Origin: Candidatus Krumholzibacteriia bacterium
Lineage (GTDB): Bacteria > Krumholzibacteriota > Krumholzibacteriia > WVZY01 > JAKEHA01
Assembly: GCA_029865265.1 (NCBI GenBank)
Contig: JAOUHG010000002.1
Span: 98,357 to 162,356 of the forward strand
Length of the DNA stretch: 64,000 nt
Direction of reading: 5' to 3'
A model generated the notes under the pieces. It ran no database searches. It was not told the origin of the DNA and saw only the letters and a program-made list of their open reading frames with translations. How positions within the stretch are numbered: the stretch's first letter is position 1; every line of letters begins with the position of its first letter. A program made the translations under genes and the position numbers. This document shows positions 1 to 8,703 of the stretch, piece by piece.

Positions 1-681
1 CGCAGGGTGCAGGCCGTACGCCAGCAGCCCGGGCCGCACCAGGTCCATGTGCGATTCGGCCACGCCATCCACGGCGGCGCTGTTGGCACTGTGCACCATC
101 GGTACCACCACCCCGGCCTCCCGCAGGCGCGCCACCAGCGCTCGGAAACGTTTTATCTGTCCGCGCGTGTACTCGGCATCCGTGTCCGACACCGGGAAAT
201 GCGTATAGACACCGCGCAGGTTCACCGCCGCGTTGCGCGCGATGCGCACGATTTCATCGAACGCTTCCTCTTCGGCGATTCCGGTTCGTCCCATGCCGGT
301 ATCGACCTCGACGTGCACGTCGAGCGGCCGCGCCGGCGCAAAACGCGCCACCGCGTCGGCGAAACTGGCCGAAGGCAGTGTGATGGCAAACCCGTGCCGG
401 GCAACCGGGGGGAGTTCGGTCTCCAGGATGGGGCTCAGGATGAGGATGTCGTTGCGGATGCCGGACTCCCACAACTCGACCGCTTCGTCCACCGTGGCCA
501 CGCCGAAGATGCGCACGCGCTGCGCCACCGCGGACGCCACCTGCACCGCGCCGTGACCGTAGGCGTCGGCCTTCACGGTCAGCAGGATGCCGACGTCGGC
601 GCCGACGGCGGTCTGGATGGTCTCGATGTTCCGGTCGAGCCGGTCGAGATCGATCTCGAGCCAGGTGGGAAGCCGCTTCAT
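1..681 (-). CDS. alr: Alanine racemase, partial: N-terminal 227 aa, gene runs off the window's left edge
   Basis: Reverse-strand translation from the ATG at 681-679 reads MKRLPTWLEIDLDRLDRNIETIQ...VKADAYGHG. This is the PLP-binding alanine racemase signature (AVVKANAYGHG). The ORF is missing from the track only because it lacks a stop inside the window. Confidence 0.8.
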   Translation of the reverse strand, partial: MKRLPTWLEIDLDRLDRNIETIQTAVGADVGILLTVKADAYGHGAVQVASAVAQRVRIFGVATVDEAVELWESGIRNDILILSPILETELPPVARHGFAITLPSASFADAVARFAPARPLDVHVEVDTGMGRTGIAEEEAFDEIVRIARNAAVNLRGVYTHFPVSDTDAEYTRGQIKRFRALVARLREAGVVVPMVHSANSAAVDGVAESHMDLVRPGLLAYGLHPA

Positions 682-825
682 GGCCCGGACGCTACCGCAG
701 GCCGAAAACGGCGGTCAAGCAGGGTTTGCGGAGGATGCAGCATAAGGTTCCGAACGTGAAAGAGGCGCCCCCGAGGGCGCCTCTTTCCAGGTACAGAAAC
801 GGACGGGATCGGGTTCGTCGCGCGA

Positions 826-1608
826 TCAGGTCCGGAACACCTTGTTCAAGAAGGTCACGTAGTCAACTTCCACCGTGCCGCAGACGTGATTCTTCTGCCG
901 CTTCACCCACGGTTCGGCCTCCACGAAGGTGACGCCACCGTCAAACGTGGCACCGCTGCTGGCCAGCAGGTTGAACACGATCTCGAGCGCCGGCGGCGGT
1001 TCCGCCACACGCAGCAGGGGCACCTGGCCCCGGGCGGAAGGCGTGGCACCTTCCAGCATCCAGTACTTGTCCTTGCCCTCTTCGACGCGCACCAGCTTGG
1101 CCGAGAGCTGGTACTTGCGCTCCGGCTCTTTCTCGAGGCCAACGGTGTCGTTGTATTTGAAGCGCGTCATTTCAGCGGGCGTATGATCCTCAGACGCAAA
1201 GCCGGCGGCATTGGTCATGCGCGGCAACGGAATGGAACGTCCCTGCGGAATGGGAACGGTGTCGTTGCCCGCCACCACTTCCATGCACCGGAAATGCGGC
1301 GCAGGGCTGAACTTCTTGACGACGTTGAACGTGATCGTCCCCGGATCGTAGGACTTGATCTTGTCGGCGAGACTCGCGCCGGTGATGAACGTGGAAACGT
1401 TCCCCTGGCGGACGAGCACATAGTCGCCGGCTGACTCGACGATCTCGGGTGACACCAGCTTGTACTTGAAGCCCTTGCTCAGAACGGGCGGGCCGTACAG
1501 CGCCTGGCGCAGCGAAATCTGGGCGTACGGATCTACGGGCGCCTTCTCGCCGCAGCCCGCGAGAACAAAGACACCCAGCAGGCACAACGCAACAAACTTG
1601 AATTTCAT
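826..1608 (-). CDS. Hypothetical lipoprotein, 260 aa
   Basis: Internal ATG at 1608 gives MKFKFVALCLLGVFVLAGCGE, a signal peptide with an LAGC lipobox. The upstream part of the track ORF is Arg/Gly-rich GC junk. No recognisable catalytic motif. Confidence 0.5.
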   Translation of the reverse strand: MKFKFVALCLLGVFVLAGCGEKAPVDPYAQISLRQALYGPPVLSKGFKYKLVSPEIVESAGDYVLVRQGNVSTFITGASLADKIKSYDPGTITFNVVKKFSPAPHFRCMEVVAGNDTVPIPQGRSIPLPRMTNAAGFASEDHTPAEMTRFKYNDTVGLEKEPERKYQLSAKLVRVEEGKDKYWMLEGATPSARGQVPLLRVAEPPPALEIVFNLLASSGATFDGGVTFVEAEPWVKRQKNHVCGTVEVDYVTFLNKVFRT

Positions 1609-1698
1609 CGACGAACCACTCCTTGATACCCGGCGCGCAGTGTTCCTTCCCCGTGCGTTGGGTTCTTTGCGCCGATTCGGTGCTCCGGTGGGATCATC

Positions 1699-1725
1699 AA
1701 AAATAAACCGGTAGGCCGGAACCGT
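1699..1725 (-). terminator. Possible intrinsic terminator after the 1746..3146 gene
   Basis: On the minus strand a short CCGG-stem hairpin is followed by TTTATTTTT, just downstream of the stop at 1746. Confidence 0.3.
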
Positions 1726-1745
1726 AACACCGCCCCCCGGCAGTG

Positions 1746-3146
1746 TCAACGGCCTTTTACCGCACCGGCCGGCGCCCCGCCCGGGCCATGGTCGATCCGC
1801 TTCCAGAACGCCTCCACCTCGAAGTCCGGGCTCTGGTCCTCGTTGTGGCAGTCCCGGCACAGGCTGCGTGCGTCTTCCACGCCGGGTCTGACGTCCGGGT
1901 CCCGCACGTGACCGGCCGCATTGCCGTGGCAGGACTCGCACTGCACGCCGGTGAGGTGGGGGGTGGCAACGACGTTCTCGAAGCCCCCGTTCTTATAGAA
2001 GCCCACCGAGTGGCACGGTGTGCAATCCCGGTCGAACTCGCGCGAGAGGTCGGTGAGCGTTTCCCAGGCGTGCGCGTGCCGTGTGTCCGACCACGCGGCG
2101 TGGATGTCCTCGTGGCACTCCCGGCACGCCTCCGCGCCCTGGAAACGGCTGTGGGAGAGGTTGCGCACGTTGGTGACACCGGTGGGGAGCGTCGCGCGCT
2201 CCTTGGCGGCGATGTCGAAGTCGTAGGCCTGGAACAGGCGGCCGATGGCCTCGTCGTCCGGAAAGCGCTCGTCCATGGGAACCACCGCATCCTGCATGCT
2301 GGCGACGCGCCCGTCGGGCCCCAGCGTGGCGTAGGCCACGCCCATGTACAGCCCGCGCGCCGCGAGCTCGAGCAGGTAGGCGTCGCCGAAACGGCGCAAC
2401 TGGCGCATGGGCTTCCCGTCGTGCCCGTGGAACACGGCGTCCACCCCGCGCAGCAATTCCGTGAAGCGTTGCGCCTCCCCGCGCGGCATGTGCGCCAGCA
2501 CCACCACCAGGTCCACATCGCCGCGCATCCCGTCCACCACCGGCTGCACGGCCGCCAGCGGGTCGCGAATGTCCAGCGATCCCGCCGCCACCTGCGGCGG
2601 CAGCGCAATGGCGGGGCTCATCACGCCCGCAATGCCCACGCGCAGGCCGGAGGGCAGCGTAACCACGCGCGACGCCGGAAAGATCAACGTATCCCCGACC
2701 GCGTCGTACAGATTGGCCGCCACGATGGGCAGCCGCGCGTCGCGGGAACGCCGCAGGATGAAGTCCAGTCCGAAACCGAGTTCGTCCTCGCCGATCACCA
2801 CAGCGTGATAGCCCATGAGCGCCATGGACTTGAGGGTGACGTCGGCCTTCTCGACGCCGTAGTTGATGCTCGCGCCGAAAAAATCGCCCGCATCCACCAG
2901 CAGCATGTCTCCGGTGGTGTCCGCGACGGCCTTCAGGAAGGTGGCACGTCGTCCCAACCCGCCCAGGTCGTGTTCGGAGCACCCGCAGGAGCGGATCTCG
3001 CCCCACAGGTCGTTGGAGTAGGCAATGGCGAGACGCTTCGGCGCCGTCTTTTCCTCGCCGCAACCACCCAGCGCCAGCACCGCGAGCAGCATCGCGATTG
3101 CGCCAGGGCCACGACGGCCGAGAATCTGTCCAAATGAAAGGGTCAT
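1746..3146 (-). CDS. Lipoprotein: UshA/5'-nucleotidase-like metallophosphoesterase-fold domain with non-canonical metal ligands, fused to a C-terminal tetraheme c-type cytochrome
   Basis: ATG at 3146 gives MTLSFGQ...LALGGCGEE (lipobox). The N-terminal half has calcineurin-like blocks (VDAGDFFG, LPIVAANLY), but the DxH and GNHE His/Asn ligands are replaced (AYSNDLWGE, IGEDELG). The C-terminal ~150 aa carry four CxxCH heme motifs (CRECH, CTPCH, CESCH, CRDCH), resembling the cytochrome c554/c552 family. Confidence 0.65.
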   Translation of the reverse strand: MTLSFGQILGRRGPGAIAMLLAVLALGGCGEEKTAPKRLAIAYSNDLWGEIRSCGCSEHDLGGLGRRATFLKAVADTTGDMLLVDAGDFFGASINYGVEKADVTLKSMALMGYHAVVIGEDELGFGLDFILRRSRDARLPIVAANLYDAVGDTLIFPASRVVTLPSGLRVGIAGVMSPAIALPPQVAAGSLDIRDPLAAVQPVVDGMRGDVDLVVVLAHMPRGEAQRFTELLRGVDAVFHGHDGKPMRQLRRFGDAYLLELAARGLYMGVAYATLGPDGRVASMQDAVVPMDERFPDDEAIGRLFQAYDFDIAAKERATLPTGVTNVRNLSHSRFQGAEACRECHEDIHAAWSDTRHAHAWETLTDLSREFDRDCTPCHSVGFYKNGGFENVVATPHLTGVQCESCHGNAAGHVRDPDVRPGVEDARSLCRDCHNEDQSPDFEVEAFWKRIDHGPGGAPAGAVKGR

Positions 3147-3352
3147 ACATTTACCTGTGGCGACCACGGATCTCCATGTTAAGCGAACGCCGGTGGTTTA
3201 CGCCAGCACTGCCCCCGCACAAGATGGCGCTTGACGCAACTCCGGGCACGATGCTCATTGAAAGCACGAAGCCAAATTGCTTCGCGATCCCACCCCTCGT
3301 TTCGTCACACCGGTGAGCCCCACCGACTCCGGGATGTATCCAGGAGGATGGC

Positions 3353-5833
3353 ATGAAACGAGGTTCGCTGGCGCTCGTTGCGCCGTTTCTGTTTGCAATC
3401 CCCACTGTCGCCGCGGCCCGTCACAGCTATACACCACCGGCGTCCAAGACCGGCGGTGAGCCGCAGCGTGTGTTCGTGCTCGACGGGTCCACCGTCCATA
3501 ACGTGGGCGAACTGCAGATGCACCTGGGCAACTGGGGGTTGTTCGGCTCCCTGCCCGGTGCCGGGGCCGCGTATTCCGAGGCCCCCTCGGCGCAATGGCC
3601 TGCGGGCAGCGGCACCGAGTACCTGTTCGGCGCCGGCCTGTGGGTGGGCGCGCTCAAGAACGGCATCCCCGCCGTGTCCACCACCCTGGGCTTCGATCCC
3701 AACGGCATCGTCTTCGAATTCGATCCCGGCCGCGACACCCGCGACATCATGTACCGCGCCGCGGAAGGCACCCGCGGCGGCGCCCGCGCGCCCGCCGAGG
3801 CCGACGACGACGGCGACGGCGCGGTGGATGAAGACCCGCTCAACGGCTATGACGACGACGGCGACGGCGCCATCGACGAGGACTTCGCCGCCATCTCCAA
3901 CCAGATGTTCGCCTGCCGCTATGCCGACTATTACCCGGAAACCGCGCGCGCGTTCCCGCAGCACAACCCGCTCGGGCTGGAGGTGCGGCAGCAGAGCTTC
4001 CAGTGGGAGGAAGACCGCTACGACGATTTCGTGGGCATCGAGTTTCACATCACAAACGCCGGCAGCAACGTGCTGGAAGACGTTTACGTGGGTTTCTTCG
4101 CCGACGGCGACGCCGGCCAGCGCACCACTGACCGCTACTATGAAGACGACGCCACCGGCCGCAGTTTCGTCCCGGTGGAATGCACCGACCTTGGACCCGT
4201 CTCCATGGACATCGCCTACGTCTTCGACGCCGACGGCGACGAGGGCCGCACGCTGGGTTACCTGGGCATCATGTTCCTGGGTCATACCGTGGACCCCACC
4301 GGCGAAACCGCGCCGCGGCGTGTGGGCATCAGCACCTACGCCAACTTCTCGGGCAGCGCGTCGTTCGAGGACGGCGGCGATCCCACCAACGACTTCGAGC
4401 GCTACGAACTGCTGTCATCGAAGGTGATCGAGCGCAACGCGCAGGTACCGCGCGACTACCGCATGCTGATGGCGGCCGGCCCCTTCAAGGAGCTGCTGCC
4501 CGGCAGCACGCTCGTGTTCCAGACCGCCTTCGTCATCGGCGAACGCTATGCCGGCATGGTGGCCAACGCGGCCAGCGCGCAGCTCACCTACGAGGGCGCC
4601 TGGTTCGACCAGGACAACGACGACCTCACCGGCGCCACCGGTCGCGAGACACCGGTGGTCGGCCCCGCCATGGGGGTGGCCATCGACACCTGCCGCTTCG
4701 CCCAGCAACCGCCGGTCAACGTTCCGCGCGGGCAGACGGTGTGGATCAACAACGACTGCGCGCGCGAGGAGATCTTCCGCGCCGGCTGCGGATACACGCT
4801 GGAGGACTCGCTCAAGTTCATGACCGGCGTGGACGGCCAGGAGACACACATCTACTGGCTGGTGGGAACCGCGCCGCCGCCGCCGACGCTTCGCATCGAC
4901 GCCGCCGCGCGCGACGGTGTCGCCATCTACTGGGACAACTTCAGCGAGGTCACGCCCGACGTAAAGACGCTCAGGCTGGACTTCGAGGGCTATCGTGTAT
5001 TCCGGGCGGACAACTGGACGCGGCCGACGGGAACATCCGCGCGAACCGGGCCGCCGTCCAACTTGTGGAAGCTGCTCCGTGCCATGGACGTGGTAAACGG
5101 GCTGGGGGATGATACGGGGCTCAACCCGTTCCGCTACGAACCGCTCGCCCACATCCTCGAGCCGGCCCAGAAGCGCGACATGATCGAGAGCATGAAGCAG
5201 TACCTCACCGAGTACCCCGGCGCGGACCCGCCCTGCCCGCAGGGCGTAACCCCCCAGGTGTGCGACACGCTGGAGGCGCTGGCGGCATACGAACTGGGGA
5301 TGATGGAGCGCGGCCGCCAGTACTACCGCTACATCGACCGCAGCATGCACCGTGGCCGCCCTTACTTCTACGCGGTGACCGCTTCCGATCACGGCGAAGA
5401 CGAAGACACCCGCGCCCTCACCCCGGGAAAGATGGGCGACCCCGCCGCGAACTTCGTGTTCGTCGAACCGCAACAACCCTCGCAGGCGGACTACGCCTAC
5501 CGCGACGAGGCGGTGTATGTGGTCCCCAACCCGGCCACCCGGGAGTCGATGCAGCCCTGGGCGCTCGGTCCCAACAACGACGACCCCACCGGCATCAAGG
5601 TGGAGTTCCGCAACCTCCCCGCGGACCGCGGCACGATCCGCATCTTCACCCTGGCCGGGGACCTGGTGGAGGAGATCGGGTTCGACGGGCGCGGGGGGGT
5701 GGGAACGGCCGAATGGGACCTGGTGTCGCGCAATGGCCAGGACGTCGCGAGCGGCGTCTATCTATTTTCCGTGGAGACCGATTTCAACGCCGCCTTCGCG
5801 CGCAAAGTCGGCAAGTTCGTGGTGATCCGCTAG
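3353..5833 (+). CDS. Secreted 826-aa protein with Asp-rich calcium-binding repeats (thrombospondin type-3-like), an FN3-like region and a T9SS type-A C-terminal sorting domain; paralog A
   Basis: AGGAGG SD 6 nt upstream. Signal peptide MKRGSLALVAPFLFAIPTVAAA. Repeats of the form DDDGDGAVDEDPLNGYDDDGDGAIDED. The last ~90 aa (VYVVPNPA...IRIFTLAGDLV...WDLVSRNGQDVASGVYLF...KVGKFVVIR) fit the Por_Secre_tail/FlgD-Ig-like pattern. Confidence 0.7.
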   Translation: MKRGSLALVAPFLFAIPTVAAARHSYTPPASKTGGEPQRVFVLDGSTVHNVGELQMHLGNWGLFGSLPGAGAAYSEAPSAQWPAGSGTEYLFGAGLWVGALKNGIPAVSTTLGFDPNGIVFEFDPGRDTRDIMYRAAEGTRGGARAPAEADDDGDGAVDEDPLNGYDDDGDGAIDEDFAAISNQMFACRYADYYPETARAFPQHNPLGLEVRQQSFQWEEDRYDDFVGIEFHITNAGSNVLEDVYVGFFADGDAGQRTTDRYYEDDATGRSFVPVECTDLGPVSMDIAYVFDADGDEGRTLGYLGIMFLGHTVDPTGETAPRRVGISTYANFSGSASFEDGGDPTNDFERYELLSSKVIERNAQVPRDYRMLMAAGPFKELLPGSTLVFQTAFVIGERYAGMVANAASAQLTYEGAWFDQDNDDLTGATGRETPVVGPAMGVAIDTCRFAQQPPVNVPRGQTVWINNDCAREEIFRAGCGYTLEDSLKFMTGVDGQETHIYWLVGTAPPPPTLRIDAAARDGVAIYWDNFSEVTPDVKTLRLDFEGYRVFRADNWTRPTGTSARTGPPSNLWKLLRAMDVVNGLGDDTGLNPFRYEPLAHILEPAQKRDMIESMKQYLTEYPGADPPCPQGVTPQVCDTLEALAAYELGMMERGRQYYRYIDRSMHRGRPYFYAVTASDHGEDEDTRALTPGKMGDPAANFVFVEPQQPSQADYAYRDEAVYVVPNPATRESMQPWALGPNNDDPTGIKVEFRNLPADRGTIRIFTLAGDLVEEIGFDGRGGVGTAEWDLVSRNGQDVASGVYLFSVETDFNAAFARKVGKFVVIR

Positions 5834-5858
5834 GATACCGGCCTTGCGGGTCCCGCCC

Positions 5859-5886
5859 CGGGGGGCGCGCTCCGGCGCGCCCCCCG
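5859..5886 (+). terminator. Perfect 12-bp GC hairpin (CGGGGGGCGCGC-tccg-GCGCGCCCCCCG), possible terminator between the two paralogs
   Basis: Inverted repeat read directly, 26 nt after the stop at 5833. There is no U-tract, so termination function is uncertain. Confidence 0.35.
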
Positions 5887-6078
5887 AGAGACCGCTCCCC
5901 GGCCCCGGGCCGGCCTCCCCCCCGAGCGCTGTATCCGCAATTGTGCCTTGACAGTCCGCCCGCCGCATGGCACCTTTTCCAGTGATCCCACCACTCGTAT
6001 CGGCCGTAGGCGGCCGGCCAACAGCCTGTTCCCAGTACGCATGTTACGGTCTTCCGGACTGATAGGAAGGATACCGGA

Positions 6079-8562
6079 ATGAGAAAGCGCAATGTGTGGT
6101 CCGCCGGCCTGTTCATCGTGGCCGCCGTACTTCCGTCCCTCGTGTTCGCGCGCATCGACACCCCCAGCGAGGTCACCAAGAAGGGCCAGACCGGCCCCAA
6201 CCGGATCTTTGTGCTGGATGGCTCCAACGTTCACAACGTCGGCGAGTTGCAGATGCACGTCGGCAACTGGGGACAGTTCGGCTCCTGGCCGGGCTCGGGG
6301 CTGACCTTCTCCGAGGCTCCTTCCGCGCAGTGGCCCGCGGGCAGCGGTGTCGAGTACCTGTTCGTGGCCGGCATGTGGGTGGGCGCGTTGAAGGCGGGCG
6401 TCCCGGCGGTGTCCACCGCCGCGTATGCGTTCGAATTCCGCCCGACCCAGGACCCCCTCGACATCATGTATCGCGCGGCCGAGGGTGCCCGGGGCGGCGC
6501 GCGCGCGCCATCCGACAACCGCGACGACGACAAGGACGGCGAGGTGGACGAGGACTGGCTCAACGGGCGCGACGACGACGGCGACGGTCAGATCGACGAG
6601 GACTTCGCGGCCGTCTCCAAGCAGATGTTCGTGTGCCAGTACACCGACGACCAGCCCTCCGCCACGCAGATCTATCCGCAGCACAACCCGCTGAACCTCC
6701 ACGTGCGCCAGGAGAGCTACCAGTGGGAGGAAGACCGCTTCGACGACTTTATCGGCGCCCAGTTCATCATCACCAACCAGGGCAACAACGTCCTCGAGGA
6801 CGTGTACATCGGCTTCTTCGCCGACGGTGACGCCGGTCCGCGTGACGTGGACAACTACTGGGAAGACGACGCCACCGGCCGCCGCGCCGTGCCCGTGCTG
6901 TGCACCGACCTCGGCCCGGTGTCGATGGACATCGCGTTCGTGTTCGACGCCGACGGCGACAACGGCCGCACGCTCGGCTACCTGGGGATCATGTTCCTCG
7001 ACCACACCATCGACCCCAACGGCGAGTTCGCACCGCGCCGCGTGGGCATCAGCACCTACGCCAACTTCTCGGGCAGCGCCTCGTTCGAAGACGGTGGCGA
7101 TCCCACCAACGACTTCGAGCGCTACGAGCTGCTCTCGTCGAAGATCATCGAGCGCGACGCGCAGGTGCCGCGCGACTACCGCATGCTCATGGCGGCGGGG
7201 CCGTTCAAGGAGCTGCTGCCCGGCAGCACGCTCGTGTTCCAGACCGCCTTCGTGATCGGAAACCGCCTGGACGGGATGATCGCCAACGGTGCCAACGCGC
7301 AGCTCACCTTCGAGGGCGCATGGTTCAACCTGCTCGGTGACGACCCGGTGCCGACCGGATACGCGGGGCGCGAAACGCCCGTACCGGGACCGGCCAGCGG
7401 TATCGCCGTCGATACCTGTCGCTATCAGAACGCGCCGCCCATCAACGTTCCCCGCGGCCAGACGGTCTGGATCAACAACGACTGCGCCGAAGAGCAGCTC
7501 TTCCAGACCGCCTGCGGTTACGACCCGGCCAAGGAAGACACACTCAAGTTCATGACCGGTGTCGGCGGCAACGAGACCCAGATATTCTGGATCGTGGGCA
7601 CGGCACCGCCGCCGCCGTTTCTGCGCATCGACGACACGAGCACCGACGGCGTCGCTATCTACTGGGACAACTTCAGCGAGACCAAGCCGGACATCAAGAC
7701 GCTGAAGGACGACTTCGAGGGCTACCGGCTGTTCCGCGCCGACAACTGGACGCGGCCGACCGGCACCTCGGCTTCCAACGGCCCGCCCAAGGAGTTGTGG
7801 AAATTGCTGGTGGAGATGGACCTGATCAACAACTTCGGCGAGGACACAGGGCTCGACCGCTACCGTTACGAGCCGCTGACCAGCATTCTCTCCCCGTCGG
7901 TCAAGCGGGACATGATCAACTCGATCAAGCAGTACCTGACCGAGTACCCGGGTTCCAACCCGCCGTGCCCGCAGGGCGTCACCTCGGAAGTGTGCGACAC
8001 GCTGGGTGCGCTGGCCGCGTGGGAACTGGGAATCACCGACAAGGGGCGGCAGTACTACCGCTACGTCGACCGCAGCATGCACCGCGGGCGGCCGTACTTC
8101 TACGCGGTGACCGCGGGTGACCACGCCATCGCTTCCGACGGGACCTTCTTCGAGGGACTCGTGGGTGATCCGTCATCGAACTTCGTGTTCATCGAGCCGG
8201 GCGGACCCTCGCAGGCGGATTATGCCTACAACGAAGACGATGTCTACGTGGTACCCAACCCAGCCACCACGGAGTCCATGCAGCCGTGGACGCTGGGCCC
8301 CAACAACGACGATCCCACCGGTATCAAGGTGGAGTTCCGCAACCTGCCCGCCGATCAGGGCACCATCCGCATCTTCACCCTCGCGGGTGACCTGGTGGAG
8401 GAGCTCTACTTCGACGGCCGCACCGGCAACGGTACGGTGGAGTGGGATCTCGTCAGCCGCAACGGCCAGGACATCACCAGCGGCGTTTACCTGTTCGCCA
8501 TCGACACCGATACCAACGAGGCCTACAGGCGCAAGATCGGCAAGTTCGTCGTCATTCGGTAG
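6079..8562 (+). CDS. Paralog B of the 826-aa secreted Ca-binding-repeat / T9SS-tail protein (827 aa)
   Basis: AGGAAGGA SD. Signal peptide MRKRNVWSAGLFIVAAVLPSLVFA. Same architecture as 3353..5833 with long identical peptide stretches (e.g. GISTYANFSGSASFEDGGDPTNDFERYELLSSK) and near-identical nucleotide tracts. Ends ...GKFVVIR. Confidence 0.7.
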   Translation: MRKRNVWSAGLFIVAAVLPSLVFARIDTPSEVTKKGQTGPNRIFVLDGSNVHNVGELQMHVGNWGQFGSWPGSGLTFSEAPSAQWPAGSGVEYLFVAGMWVGALKAGVPAVSTAAYAFEFRPTQDPLDIMYRAAEGARGGARAPSDNRDDDKDGEVDEDWLNGRDDDGDGQIDEDFAAVSKQMFVCQYTDDQPSATQIYPQHNPLNLHVRQESYQWEEDRFDDFIGAQFIITNQGNNVLEDVYIGFFADGDAGPRDVDNYWEDDATGRRAVPVLCTDLGPVSMDIAFVFDADGDNGRTLGYLGIMFLDHTIDPNGEFAPRRVGISTYANFSGSASFEDGGDPTNDFERYELLSSKIIERDAQVPRDYRMLMAAGPFKELLPGSTLVFQTAFVIGNRLDGMIANGANAQLTFEGAWFNLLGDDPVPTGYAGRETPVPGPASGIAVDTCRYQNAPPINVPRGQTVWINNDCAEEQLFQTACGYDPAKEDTLKFMTGVGGNETQIFWIVGTAPPPPFLRIDDTSTDGVAIYWDNFSETKPDIKTLKDDFEGYRLFRADNWTRPTGTSASNGPPKELWKLLVEMDLINNFGEDTGLDRYRYEPLTSILSPSVKRDMINSIKQYLTEYPGSNPPCPQGVTSEVCDTLGALAAWELGITDKGRQYYRYVDRSMHRGRPYFYAVTAGDHAIASDGTFFEGLVGDPSSNFVFIEPGGPSQADYAYNEDDVYVVPNPATTESMQPWTLGPNNDDPTGIKVEFRNLPADQGTIRIFTLAGDLVEELYFDGRTGNGTVEWDLVSRNGQDITSGVYLFAIDTDTNEAYRRKIGKFVVIR

Positions 8563-8590
8563 CCGTTCCTTTTCAGGATCGAACAAACCA

Positions 8591-8640
8591 GCGGGCTCGC
8601 CCATTGTGGGCGGGCCCGCGCCGTTTGCCCTCTTCTTTGC
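8591..8640 (+). terminator. Rho-independent terminator after paralog B
   Basis: GCGGGCTCGCCC-attg-GGGCGGGCCCGC (12-bp stem with one G.U pair) followed by a T-rich run CGTTTGCCCTCTTCTTTGCTTG. Confidence 0.45.
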
Positions 8641-8703
8641 TTGTCGCCCCTCGCGACGCTCGCCTAGAATGATGCCACGCTGGCGCACCCGGCGCATCCG
8701 GCC

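Noticed and set aside
7-759. 250-aa plus-strand ORF at the left edge
   Set aside because: Its reverse strand encodes a clean alanine racemase N-terminus with the VKADAYGHG PLP motif. The plus-strand frame is an Arg/His-rich GC artefact.
1743-3137. 464-aa plus-strand ORF plus several nested minus ORFs over 1746..3150
   Set aside because: Antisense or alternative frames of the nucleotidase-cytochrome gene. The translations are low-complexity Arg/Ala/Gly and lack motifs.
5990-6010. TGGCAC hexamer ~100 nt upstream of paralog B as a sigma54 -24 element
   Set aside because: No GC/TTGC -12 element at the required 5-nt spacing (it is followed by CTTTTCCAG). A similar partial match upstream of paralog A also fails on spacing.
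5830-8124. 764-aa minus ORF antisense to paralog B, and 3305..4285 / 4415..5476 minus ORFs antisense to paralog A
   Set aside because: High-GC antisense open frames. The sense-strand genes have SD, signal peptide and a conserved tail; the antisense translations are compositionally biased with no domains.
8672-8703. TGGCGC-N5-GCGCA sigma54-like site just before the histidine kinase start
   Set aside because: Only a partial consensus match, and it would put the transcription start at the ATG (leaderless). Not convincing without more evidence.
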